Positions 36,142 to 44,525 of a stretch of DNA of 64,000 nucleotides are shown here, piece by piece. Under the pieces are notes generated by a model. It saw only the letters and a list, made by a program, of their open reading frames with translations, had not been told where the DNA came from and made no database searches. Source of the DNA: Methanomassiliicoccales archaeon (GTDB lineage: Archaea; Thermoplasmatota; Thermoplasmata; RBG-16-68-12; SOIM01); the NCBI GenBank assembly GCA_030593295.1, contig JAUVHO010000003.1, positions 22,164 to 86,163 of the forward strand, read 5' to 3'. The position numbers and the translations under genes were made by a program. Within the stretch, counting starts at the first letter, position 1, and the number at the start of each line of letters is the position of its first letter.

Positions 36142-38574
36142 GTGAGGGAGAGAGCTTTTCTCTGTATAATTGTCTCGATGGCTCTGGCCTTGCCGGGTTG
36201 CGTCATGGCGAGTGATGTGGTGGAGGCCCCGAGTGGGATAAACTGGACCAAAATGGGGCTCATCCAGGATATAGGCAAGCCCGGCGATTTTGATGACAAT
36301 CGTGCTGATTCAGGGTCTGTAATTGTTGATGAAGGGGTGTACAAGGTTTGGTACTCAGCATTTGACGACGTGAATTGGAGGATAATGTATTCAACCTCGC
36401 CAGATGGTCAAGTCTGGACGAAGCATGGTGTCGTTGTCGACCTTGGGTCCCCAGGTGATTTTGACGATCAATACGCTATGGCTCCAGCAGTCTTGCGGAA
36501 CGATCAGGGTCTATTTCAAATGTGGTATATTGGTCAATCTTATGGGCAGCTCGGATGGAGGATGGGGTATGCGACTTCGAATGATGGCGTTAATTGGCAG
36601 AAACATGGTCTGGTCTTCACTAAACCCGGTATTTCCATTGGGCCTTCGAACGTCCTTATTGACGAGAACGGCATGTACAGATTATGGTATAGTGAATACG
36701 ACCTCACGCACTGGAGGATTGGACACGCTACGTCGAACGATGGCGTGAATTGGAGAGACGACGGAGTCGCCATTGACGTCGGTCAACCCGGCGCACCAGA
36801 TTCCAAGTACGTCTATTTCCCTGCTGTCATAATCGAGCCCGACGGGTCCTATCTGATGCTTTATTGCCACTACGACGGAGGTTCTTCAGGCCATTTGGAC
36901 ATTCAATATGCGACATCACCTGACGGGATGGCCGGAACCTGGACCAAACAAGGGCTGTCGCTCCCACACGGTCCTCAAGGTGCGTACGACTGGCTTCAAG
37001 CAACCCCCACAACCGTTCGATTGAGAGATGATGGGCAGCATGAACTATTCTACTCAGGATTCGAAGGAAACCACAGGAGGATGATGTACGCGATTGAGGT
37101 TGGCCAGATACCGCCCGTTGCGAACATAGGTCCTGATAGAACGGTGCTGGAAGGCGAGACTGTGGTCTTTGACGCTTCTCTCTCCCATGATCCTGACGGG
37201 CAGATAGTCAGATACGAATTCGATTTCGGTGATGGAGAATACCTGATACTTCAATCCAGATCAGGAAACAACGGTATGCTCTTCGATCGCTCGGATTCCT
37301 TGATGAGTGGTGAGAAAGGTCCGCTTGAACCATTCGACAGTGAACCCCCAATTCCTATTGGCGTCGACACCAAAGGGCCTAGAAAGAGTCGCGTATTGAT
37401 CGATAGCGGTGCTGAAACCCCTGCAGTATCTTCATACCTGCAGTCAACGTTGGATGGGGGGAATCAACCCCTCGTGGAGCACGTGTATGGGGATGATGGA
37501 CATGGAGTCGACGGCATTTACACTGTCACCTTGACCGTCACGGACAATGATGGACTCTCCGCAAGCGCAAGCATGATAGTGACTGTTGAGAACGTCCCTC
37601 CGTCAATCGACTCCTTCAACCACTTCATCAAGATAATCAACGCACCAAGGACGATAGGTTACTGGGGACATCAGTGCACGGTCGATTTGCCTTATGGGGA
37701 CCATACTGGGATAGTTCAGGACTGGATTGAGAACATATCCTCACAGTCTCAGGTGTTTTCATGGGTGTCTTCCAAAGAAGATGTGTGCTCGATCGTCCAA
37801 GATGGGAACGCTCAGGAAATGAGGGAGATGGCGAAGAGGCAGTTGATGGGTCTTTGGCTCAACATCATAAGCGGCAAACTCCATCCATCCACCGAGATGC
37901 GAATGCCCTCTCTTACTTCATCTAAGACCCTTGACCCTGCAATCAGAGAGATCGAGGAAGTGATACTGGCTTCCTTAGATCGGGAAGAACTTGAGAGAGT
38001 CAAAGATATTGCCGACACAGTCAACAACGGAACCGGCATTTCGAGAATGCTGGTCGGTTTCACTGCCGAGGTCACCGACCCCGGTTCTGACGACATGACC
38101 TTCAAATGGGACTTCGGAGACATGTCCCCGTTGCTCATTACGACTTATTACAACAATGCACCTTTGAACACTCCAGATCCATATCCAAGCCCGGATGTCA
38201 ATCCAGTTCAGCTTTCTGAGGTTGTTGACCACTGGTACGCGATACAGAGCATATTCGAGGTTCTGTTGATCGTCGAGGACGACGATGGCGGAACATCCAA
38301 TACGATGGTGATAGTCCAGTCTGATTTCCATACTATAAGCTGCTTCTCGTATGACGTGATTGACGTTGCTCAGCGCTCGATCTTCCTAGGTTCTTCCTTC
38401 GTATCGCATGCTGAGTCCGGTTCTGAGAGGGAGTACCTGGGGAACTTGGTTGATGGCCCGAGAACCGTGGAATACTTCATTCCCGAGGTTTACATCTCCA
38501 TGCCGCCGAGGAGCAGGTGGAACGTGCTTTCGGATCTCGTGCCTCCGTGGGAAGGCCTTACTATTTCAGAATAG
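36142..38574 (+). CDS. Surface protein A (P-type): signal/lipobox-like N-terminus, five-bladed beta-propeller, PKD domain with a roughly 60-75-aa insert, Cys-containing helical module, PKD-like domain
   Basis: 'ALALPGC' lies near the signal end. Five blades each read roughly 'W.K.G.V.D.G.PG.FDD...P.V....G...MWY.G.....WRIGYATS.DG..W'. PKD motifs 'DPDGQIVRYEFDFGDGE' and 'YTVTLTVTDNDG'. Helical module starts 'NAPRTIGYWGHQC'. Confidence 0.88.
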   Translation: MRERAFLCIIVSMALALPGCVMASDVVEAPSGINWTKMGLIQDIGKPGDFDDNRADSGSVIVDEGVYKVWYSAFDDVNWRIMYSTSPDGQVWTKHGVVVDLGSPGDFDDQYAMAPAVLRNDQGLFQMWYIGQSYGQLGWRMGYATSNDGVNWQKHGLVFTKPGISIGPSNVLIDENGMYRLWYSEYDLTHWRIGHATSNDGVNWRDDGVAIDVGQPGAPDSKYVYFPAVIIEPDGSYLMLYCHYDGGSSGHLDIQYATSPDGMAGTWTKQGLSLPHGPQGAYDWLQATPTTVRLRDDGQHELFYSGFEGNHRRMMYAIEVGQIPPVANIGPDRTVLEGETVVFDASLSHDPDGQIVRYEFDFGDGEYLILQSRSGNNGMLFDRSDSLMSGEKGPLEPFDSEPPIPIGVDTKGPRKSRVLIDSGAETPAVSSYLQSTLDGGNQPLVEHVYGDDGHGVDGIYTVTLTVTDNDGLSASASMIVTVENVPPSIDSFNHFIKIINAPRTIGYWGHQCTVDLPYGDHTGIVQDWIENISSQSQVFSWVSSKEDVCSIVQDGNAQEMREMAKRQLMGLWLNIISGKLHPSTEMRMPSLTSSKTLDPAIREIEEVILASLDREELERVKDIADTVNNGTGISRMLVGFTAEVTDPGSDDMTFKWDFGDMSPLLITTYYNNAPLNTPDPYPSPDVNPVQLSEVVDHWYAIQSIFEVLLIVEDDDGGTSNTMVIVQSDFHTISCFSYDVIDVAQRSIFLGSSFVSHAESGSEREYLGNLVDGPRTVEYFIPEVYISMPPRSRWNVLSDLVPPWEGLTISE

Positions 38575-38677
38575 ATGGCCTCTTCGACGGTATGTCTGTC
38601 ACCAACCGTCCAGCAAGATTTAAGGAAGCTTTATTATCGTCCGTCGCCCTTGCGTATCTCAGAGGGATGGAATAGCC

Positions 38678-40813
38678 ATGGGAGGACGGAGTGGGCGAAG
38701 ATTCGTGGTTCTCGCGTTATTCTGTGCCATGTTTCTCTCGGCATGCTCTTTCATGCCTTCCACTGAATCTGGAGACTCCGACGTTGAAGGAAGTAGCGGG
38801 GATGGTCTCAACTGGGTCAAGCTGGGTTTGAGTCTCGATGCTGGTCCCCCCGGCTCGCTTGACCAGGATAGGGTGACTTCGCCATCCGTGATTCTTGACG
38901 GCGACATCTACAAGCTGTGGTACTCTGGATATGACCTTACGAACTGGAGAATATTCTACGCGACTTCACTGAACGGGTATTCATGGACGAAGCACGGGAT
39001 GGTCTATGACATCGGTCCCCCCGGTAGCGCTGAGGATAGACACCTGGCGTTCCCAACGGTAATTCTGGACGATGGTGTATACAAGATGTGGTACACTGGG
39101 GAGTCCTACTCTCTTTCGGGCTGGCGAATATTCCATGCGACCTCCCCTGACGGGATCACGTGGACAAGACAGGGTATGGTGATGGACCTGGGTTTTGCTG
39201 GCGTATACGACTCTGTCGGGCTGGCCCATGCTACCGTGCTCAAAGAGCTTGACGGAACCTATTCCATGTGGTACAGCGGCTATGACACCTCCAACTACCG
39301 AATTCTCCACGCGACATCCAGCGACGGTCTGTCATGGATCAGTGATGGGCTGGCTTTGGATCTCGGTCCTCCTGGAAGCCTAGAGGATTTCGGAGTGTTG
39401 GCTCCATCAGTGATCTTTGCGAGGAATGGGACATATCAGATGTATTACTCGGGTGGATGGTCGGGTGACTTCTCCAAAGTCAGAATCTTCTATGCGTCCT
39501 CTCCCGACGGAGCCGGAAGTGATTGGCAGCGGGGCGGTATGGTCATCGATATTGGTCAGCCTGGTGACTGGGATAGTGTTCAAGCCATTGGACCGAAAGT
39601 GGTCAGGGAGTCCCGGTTCATGTACAAGATGTGGTACACGGCATTCAATGGTGTATCCAGAAGGGTCTGTTTTGCGATGGCCGGGGAGATGCCCTCCGTG
39701 GAGCCGACCAACCTCACGACCAGCGTGGTGAACGATAAAGACACCATGCTCAACTGGACCGACCCTGAACTGCCCTTTCTGGATCATTATCTCATCTACA
39801 GGTCATCTGACCACAGGAACTTCGACTTCGCCAGTTGGTACCACAACACATCCACTGACGTGGATCCCCTCGCAACCACCTGGACCGATTTGGATGCCGC
39901 AGCTCCTGGTTCTCCACGAGAGCTCTACTATGTGGTGAGGGCGGTGTACTTCTATGGCGGACTTAGTACAACAAGCAACACCGCAGGGAAATGGACCTTA
40001 AACTTCGATGCCGGCCTCGCTTCATTCTCTTTGCCGTTGAGACCCTTCATCGAGCGTAATGTCAGTTGGTATGCCGACCAGATTTCCAACCTCGAATATA
40101 TGGCGTGGCTTGGTCCCGACGACCGATGGGTTATGCGCAAACCACACCAAAACGAGGACGTGAAAGACACGGCCGCGAAATTCGGGTCAGGGTACGAACT
40201 GATGTTCAAAGCTGAATCGAATTTCACCGTGTGCGGGGCACCTGGATCAATGATCAAGTACAAAGAGGGTTTGGGAGAAGCTGTCTCTTGGGCCCGAAGC
40301 CTTTCTGCCATCCATGGGAACGGAGAAGTGACCTTGAGTTGGGACCAACTGCCAGGGGCCACAGAATACGACGTCCTGAAAGCGGAAGAGAGGGGAGGAT
40401 TGCACAACCTGACAATGCTCCCGGCCGTGACTGTCCCTGGAAGCGTGACCGGGTGGACCGACACCAACCCCTTCGAGAAATCATCCAGCGCATACTACAT
40501 GGTCATCGCAGTAAACTCCTCAGGTGTTCGAGGAAGCAGTACCTACAGCGTTGGCTTGGAGACAGTGCATTTAGAAAGCGGCATTCACAGTATCGGTTTG
40601 ATGTTGCAGCAGATCAAGCAGATGGATTTGTATGATTCTTGCAGCTCCTATCCTGGGATCGAAGGTGTTGCCTACGTAGTGTCCGGGGTGTGGAAGTTCC
40701 ATTCATGGGCGATGTCTCACAATGCTTACAATACCGATATGAACCAAGGAAATGGCTATCAAGTATCGGTGAGAAGCCTCTCCCAGCTGGATTTGGTGGA
40801 AATCGGGTACTAG
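38678..40813 (+). CDS. Surface protein B (X-type): lipoprotein-like signal, five-bladed beta-propeller, FN3-X-FN3-X stalk
   Basis: 'LALFCAMFLSAC' lipobox-like signal. Five repeats of the 'WYSGYD..NWRI.YATS.DG.SW' type. 'LNWTDPELPFLDHYLIYRS...ELYYVVRAV' (FN3-like). C-terminus '...GYQVSVRSLSQLDLVEIGY'. Confidence 0.88.
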   Translation: MGGRSGRRFVVLALFCAMFLSACSFMPSTESGDSDVEGSSGDGLNWVKLGLSLDAGPPGSLDQDRVTSPSVILDGDIYKLWYSGYDLTNWRIFYATSLNGYSWTKHGMVYDIGPPGSAEDRHLAFPTVILDDGVYKMWYTGESYSLSGWRIFHATSPDGITWTRQGMVMDLGFAGVYDSVGLAHATVLKELDGTYSMWYSGYDTSNYRILHATSSDGLSWISDGLALDLGPPGSLEDFGVLAPSVIFARNGTYQMYYSGGWSGDFSKVRIFYASSPDGAGSDWQRGGMVIDIGQPGDWDSVQAIGPKVVRESRFMYKMWYTAFNGVSRRVCFAMAGEMPSVEPTNLTTSVVNDKDTMLNWTDPELPFLDHYLIYRSSDHRNFDFASWYHNTSTDVDPLATTWTDLDAAAPGSPRELYYVVRAVYFYGGLSTTSNTAGKWTLNFDAGLASFSLPLRPFIERNVSWYADQISNLEYMAWLGPDDRWVMRKPHQNEDVKDTAAKFGSGYELMFKAESNFTVCGAPGSMIKYKEGLGEAVSWARSLSAIHGNGEVTLSWDQLPGATEYDVLKAEERGGLHNLTMLPAVTVPGSVTGWTDTNPFEKSSSAYYMVIAVNSSGVRGSSTYSVGLETVHLESGIHSIGLMLQQIKQMDLYDSCSSYPGIEGVAYVVSGVWKFHSWAMSHNAYNTDMNQGNGYQVSVRSLSQLDLVEIGY

Positions 40814-40865
40814 CGTACCAGTACGTCACAGTTGTCCGTGATACTTGGCCCTTGAGATCACCGAA

Positions 40866-43800
40866 TCAGGCTTCTTCCTCTTGACCACCCGTGGCATCTT
40901 CGACGGGTTCTTCCACGGCCTCCTCTTCAGCTTCGACCTTCACGGTCGGTTCTCCACCCTTCTTTCGTCTGGCCAGTAATGCAATCACGACCACAAGGAG
41001 GATTATGATGATGACCAGAAAGATCCACCAGTAATCAAGGAAATCAAACGGCTTCTCCAGCACTGCCAATTCTACCGATTTGGTCACTGTGTTGTCTTCT
41101 TCATTCCCGGCAGAATCTTCTGCCCGAACGATGAAATAGTAGTCCACTCCGTCCTGAAGACCGGTGATCTGGATGCTCGTGTCCGTGGTGGTTGCATCTG
41201 GGACCAGTAGGTTCTGTCCTCCTGAGATCGTTGAGTAGTAGATATTGTAGGTTATCGGCAACGATGGATCTGAATTGCACTCGATCAGGTCGGGGTCGGT
41301 GGCCGCTGCCCACACAAGGTCGACGGCTTCTCCAGTGCCTGCATCCGAGGCAAGAACGAGTCCGGAGAAGACCGGAGGTTCTGCATCTACGGGAGTCGTC
41401 GGCATAGCGCTGAGCTCCACGATGTTGGACTCTTGATTCCCGACTGCATCGGTAGCTCTGACGACGAAGTAGTAGGTCACACCATCTTGCAAGCCCGTGA
41501 TGTAGATCTGCGTGTTCTGGGTTGTGGCATTGGGTAGTAGGAAGTTCTGGTTGCCCGGGAGAGTTGAGGCATATATCGAGTATGTGATCGGCACGGAAGG
41601 ATCAGAGTTACACTCTATCGTATCAGGATCGGTGGCGGGAGACCATGTTAAGGAGACATTCCCACCCATGAGTGTGTCTACCGCCGTTTGGATTCCAGCG
41701 AATGTTGGCGGGGTGTCGTCCGTCGGGGTCGTGGGCACGGCGGACCTCTCAACAGTATTGCTTTCCTGATTGCCGACCGCGTCCCTCGCTCTGACCACGA
41801 AGTAGTATACAACTCCATCTGAAAGCCCGCTTATATCCATCATCAGATTCTGTGTGGAGGCGTAGGGTGAAAGGAAGTTCTGGCCTCCAGATGTGGTCGA
41901 ATAGAAGATGTCGTAGTTCATTGGAGGGGATGGGTCAGAGTTGCATTCTATTGTGTCCGGGTCAGTGGCAGTGAGCCAATTGAGCGAAACGGTCCCGCCG
42001 GTCCCCGAATCAACGGCAAACTGAATACCACCGAAGTTGGGCGGTGTACTGTCGACGGGCGTGGTGGGCATGGCGCTCTTCTCGATGACATTCGCCTCTT
42101 CATTCCCCGCTGAGTCCCGAGCCCTAACCACGAAATAGTAGAATACGCCATTGTCCAGACCGCTGATGTTTATCTGGGTGTTGGTGGTTGACGCATTTGG
42201 ATTCATGAAAGCTTGCCCACCTGGTACCTTCGAATGGTAGACGTTGTAGGCGATCGGAAGCGATGGATCGCTGTTGCACTCTACGGTATCCGGGTCCGTT
42301 GCCGCAGTCCAGGTCAACTGAAGTGTTCCTCCTGATCCAAGGTCGGCCACAGATCCAAGGCCTGTGAACGATGGCGGTGTTGAGTCGATCGGTGTAGTTG
42401 GCATTGCGCTCAGCTCGATGACGTTGCTCTCCTCATTCCCTGCAGCGTCCTCTGCTCGAACCACAAAGTAGTACGTGTTGCCGTCTGTCAGCCCAGTTAC
42501 ATCTACGTTCGTGAGTTGCGTTGTGGCGTCGGGAACCAGGAAATTCTGCCCGCCGGATGTTCCAGCATGATAGACGTTGTATGAAATCGGGGTTGAGGGA
42601 TCTGAGTTACATTCGATCGTATCTGGATCTGAACCAGCATTCCAAGTCAATGTGACTGTTCCACCGGTTCCAGAATCAGTCGCAGTTTGCAGACCAGCGA
42701 ATGTCGGTGACGTGGAGTCAATTGGTGTTGTCGGCATGGCGCTTCTCTCGACGGTGTTGGTTTCTTCGTATCCCAAGCTGTCTTGTGCTCTCACAATGAA
42801 GTAGTACTGGACCCCATCGTCCAATCCTCCAGCTTGGTAAGTCGTCAATTGTGTAGTGTAGTTGGGCACCAGGAAGTTCTGGCCCATGGAAGTGGTGGCT
42901 ATGTAGATGTTGTAGTCGATTGGAGTTGACGGGTCGGTGGCAGGGTTCCAGTTGAGAGTTACCGATCCGCCAGTACCATCATCCGTTGCCGTGAGCAGTC
43001 CTCCGAACAGGGGTCCGGCTATGTCATCCCAGGTGACGGCCCAGTCCTCGAGAAGCGGATTGTCGGTCGTTGTCCCATAGAAGTCCGCGCGCAGCCGAAT
43101 GCTATTATCGGCCTTCGGGATTGAGCTCAAATCGATGACCGTTCCAGATAAGTCGGAATAGCCTGGATAAGGACGAAGGGTGTTCGTGTTCAAAACGGAC
43201 ACAAGGACTTCAGCCTCATTCGGCACTATGGTCTTGTTCAGAAAGAGGGTGTCCCAATCGTAGCCTGATGATTTGGTGATTGTTGTCGATGTCAGATTGC
43301 CAAGCGAACCTATAGTGGCGATCATCACCCGGTCATCAATCGCTGCATCCCTCCCAGTGTAATAGAGCCAGCCGGCCATGTTCACTGGTAATCGCAAACT
43401 TCCTATCAAGGTCTTCACTTCGTCATAATCTCCAAGTCCTCCAATACCGAGAACAATGCCATGCCTGTCCGTCCAGTCGACCCCATCAGGAGATTCCGCA
43501 TACAGCACACTCCAATCCGTGCCAACTGCACTGTACCACATTCTGTACCTTCCTGTGGAGTTCTTCAGGACTGCATTTTTGACTATCGAGGAATCATCTG
43601 GCGCACCCAGTGGTCCGTTTGGCAAGACCAAACCTTGCTTGGTCCAGGTGACGGCATCGGGAGATGTAGCATGAAAGATCTGATAGTTACCTCCTCCTGC
43701 AACCCCACTATACCAAGCCTTGTAGTCTGCCACATCCTCCAATACTGAAGCGTATCCAGAGACTACAGTTTCTCCCGAACCCCCCACGTTTATGGCAAGC

Positions 43801-44384
43801 CCGTCATATGACCAACCGATGCCGTCAGACGAGACCGCCATGAGAGTGATTCGGGTGGTTCCCGACACTCCAGTGTAGTACATCCTGTACTGCGAGCCTT
43901 CGTCAATCACACAAGGAGAATACACACGGTCCGAGTCTGATCCGGTACCTGAGAAACCAGGGGAGAGGACAGGTCCATGTTTCTCCCAAGAGTACCCATC
44001 CCAGGAGGTGGCATACATTATACGGTACGTGTTCCCGGTCGTGACTCCAGTATACCACATCCTATAAAGTCCATCAGCCCCCTTCAATATCCAAGGTTCC
44101 GTGGCGGCCTTGCCATCGGGATCGGAAGCTGCACCCGTATCCATGACCAGACCTTTCTTCTGCCAGTTGTAGTCAGATGCAAGAACCTGTATCCTCGCGT
44201 TTCCACCAACGACCTCTGTGTTCGATTTTGAGTAGACCTTGGTTTCATCCGCGAAATCGTCCATCCAAACACCTGGTTGAGCCACCACACTTGTCGACAA
44301 TAGTGGGAAAGCTGACACCAGGACTAGAGCACTCACTAAGATAACTAGTTCACTTCTCCGTGCACTGATTGGTACCCTCCTCAT
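40866..44384 (-). CDS. Surface protein C (T-type): signal peptide, split beta-sandwich with a nested five-bladed beta-propeller, 6 FN3 repeats, TM anchor, acidic cytoplasmic tail
   Basis: SD GGAGGAGG lies 7 nt upstream of the ATG. '...VVAQPGVW'. Six units of about 110 aa end in 'YYF(V/I)VRA.D..GNEE.N'. 'DYWWIFLVIIIILLVVVIALLARRKKGG' is followed by a Glu-rich tail. Confidence 0.9.
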   Translation of the reverse strand: MRRVPISARRSELVILVSALVLVSAFPLLSTSVVAQPGVWMDDFADETKVYSKSNTEVVGGNARIQVLASDYNWQKKGLVMDTGAASDPDGKAATEPWILKGADGLYRMWYTGVTTGNTYRIMYATSWDGYSWEKHGPVLSPGFSGTGSDSDRVYSPCVIDEGSQYRMYYTGVSGTTRITLMAVSSDGIGWSYDGLAINVGGSGETVVSGYASVLEDVADYKAWYSGVAGGGNYQIFHATSPDAVTWTKQGLVLPNGPLGAPDDSSIVKNAVLKNSTGRYRMWYSAVGTDWSVLYAESPDGVDWTDRHGIVLGIGGLGDYDEVKTLIGSLRLPVNMAGWLYYTGRDAAIDDRVMIATIGSLGNLTSTTITKSSGYDWDTLFLNKTIVPNEAEVLVSVLNTNTLRPYPGYSDLSGTVIDLSSIPKADNSIRLRADFYGTTTDNPLLEDWAVTWDDIAGPLFGGLLTATDDGTGGSVTLNWNPATDPSTPIDYNIYIATTSMGQNFLVPNYTTQLTTYQAGGLDDGVQYYFIVRAQDSLGYEETNTVERSAMPTTPIDSTSPTFAGLQTATDSGTGGTVTLTWNAGSDPDTIECNSDPSTPISYNVYHAGTSGGQNFLVPDATTQLTNVDVTGLTDGNTYYFVVRAEDAAGNEESNVIELSAMPTTPIDSTPPSFTGLGSVADLGSGGTLQLTWTAATDPDTVECNSDPSLPIAYNVYHSKVPGGQAFMNPNASTTNTQINISGLDNGVFYYFVVRARDSAGNEEANVIEKSAMPTTPVDSTPPNFGGIQFAVDSGTGGTVSLNWLTATDPDTIECNSDPSPPMNYDIFYSTTSGGQNFLSPYASTQNLMMDISGLSDGVVYYFVVRARDAVGNQESNTVERSAVPTTPTDDTPPTFAGIQTAVDTLMGGNVSLTWSPATDPDTIECNSDPSVPITYSIYASTLPGNQNFLLPNATTQNTQIYITGLQDGVTYYFVVRATDAVGNQESNIVELSAMPTTPVDAEPPVFSGLVLASDAGTGEAVDLVWAAATDPDLIECNSDPSLPITYNIYYSTISGGQNLLVPDATTTDTSIQITGLQDGVDYYFIVRAEDSAGNEEDNTVTKSVELAVLEKPFDFLDYWWIFLVIIIILLVVVIALLARRKKGGEPTVKVEAEEEAVEEPVEDATGGQEEEA
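41076..43017 (-). repeat. Coding tandem array of 6 FN3 repeat units (about 330 nt each)
   Basis: Units start '(P)P.F.G(L/I)...' and end 'SAMPTTP(I/V)DST'. Units 2-6 carry the insert 'DPDT(I/V)ECNSDPS'. Confidence 0.85.
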
Positions 44385-44525
44385 AAGATACCTCCTCCAG
44401 TGCGTGTGATATTGTTGGAAGATTATAAGTTTAACTCACAGTACATGCATTTCCAACTTCGAGTTGGGAATCGTGAATTCCATTTGTGGTGCAATTGGTC
44501 CATAGCCGGCAGACAGTTGAGCGAT

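Noticed and set aside
40866-41000. C-terminal TM segments of the T-type proteins as PGF-CTERM/archaeosortase sorting signals
   Set aside because: There is no PGF (or similar) tripeptide before the helix. The helix is followed by acidic tails of 25-30 residues rather than a few basic residues.
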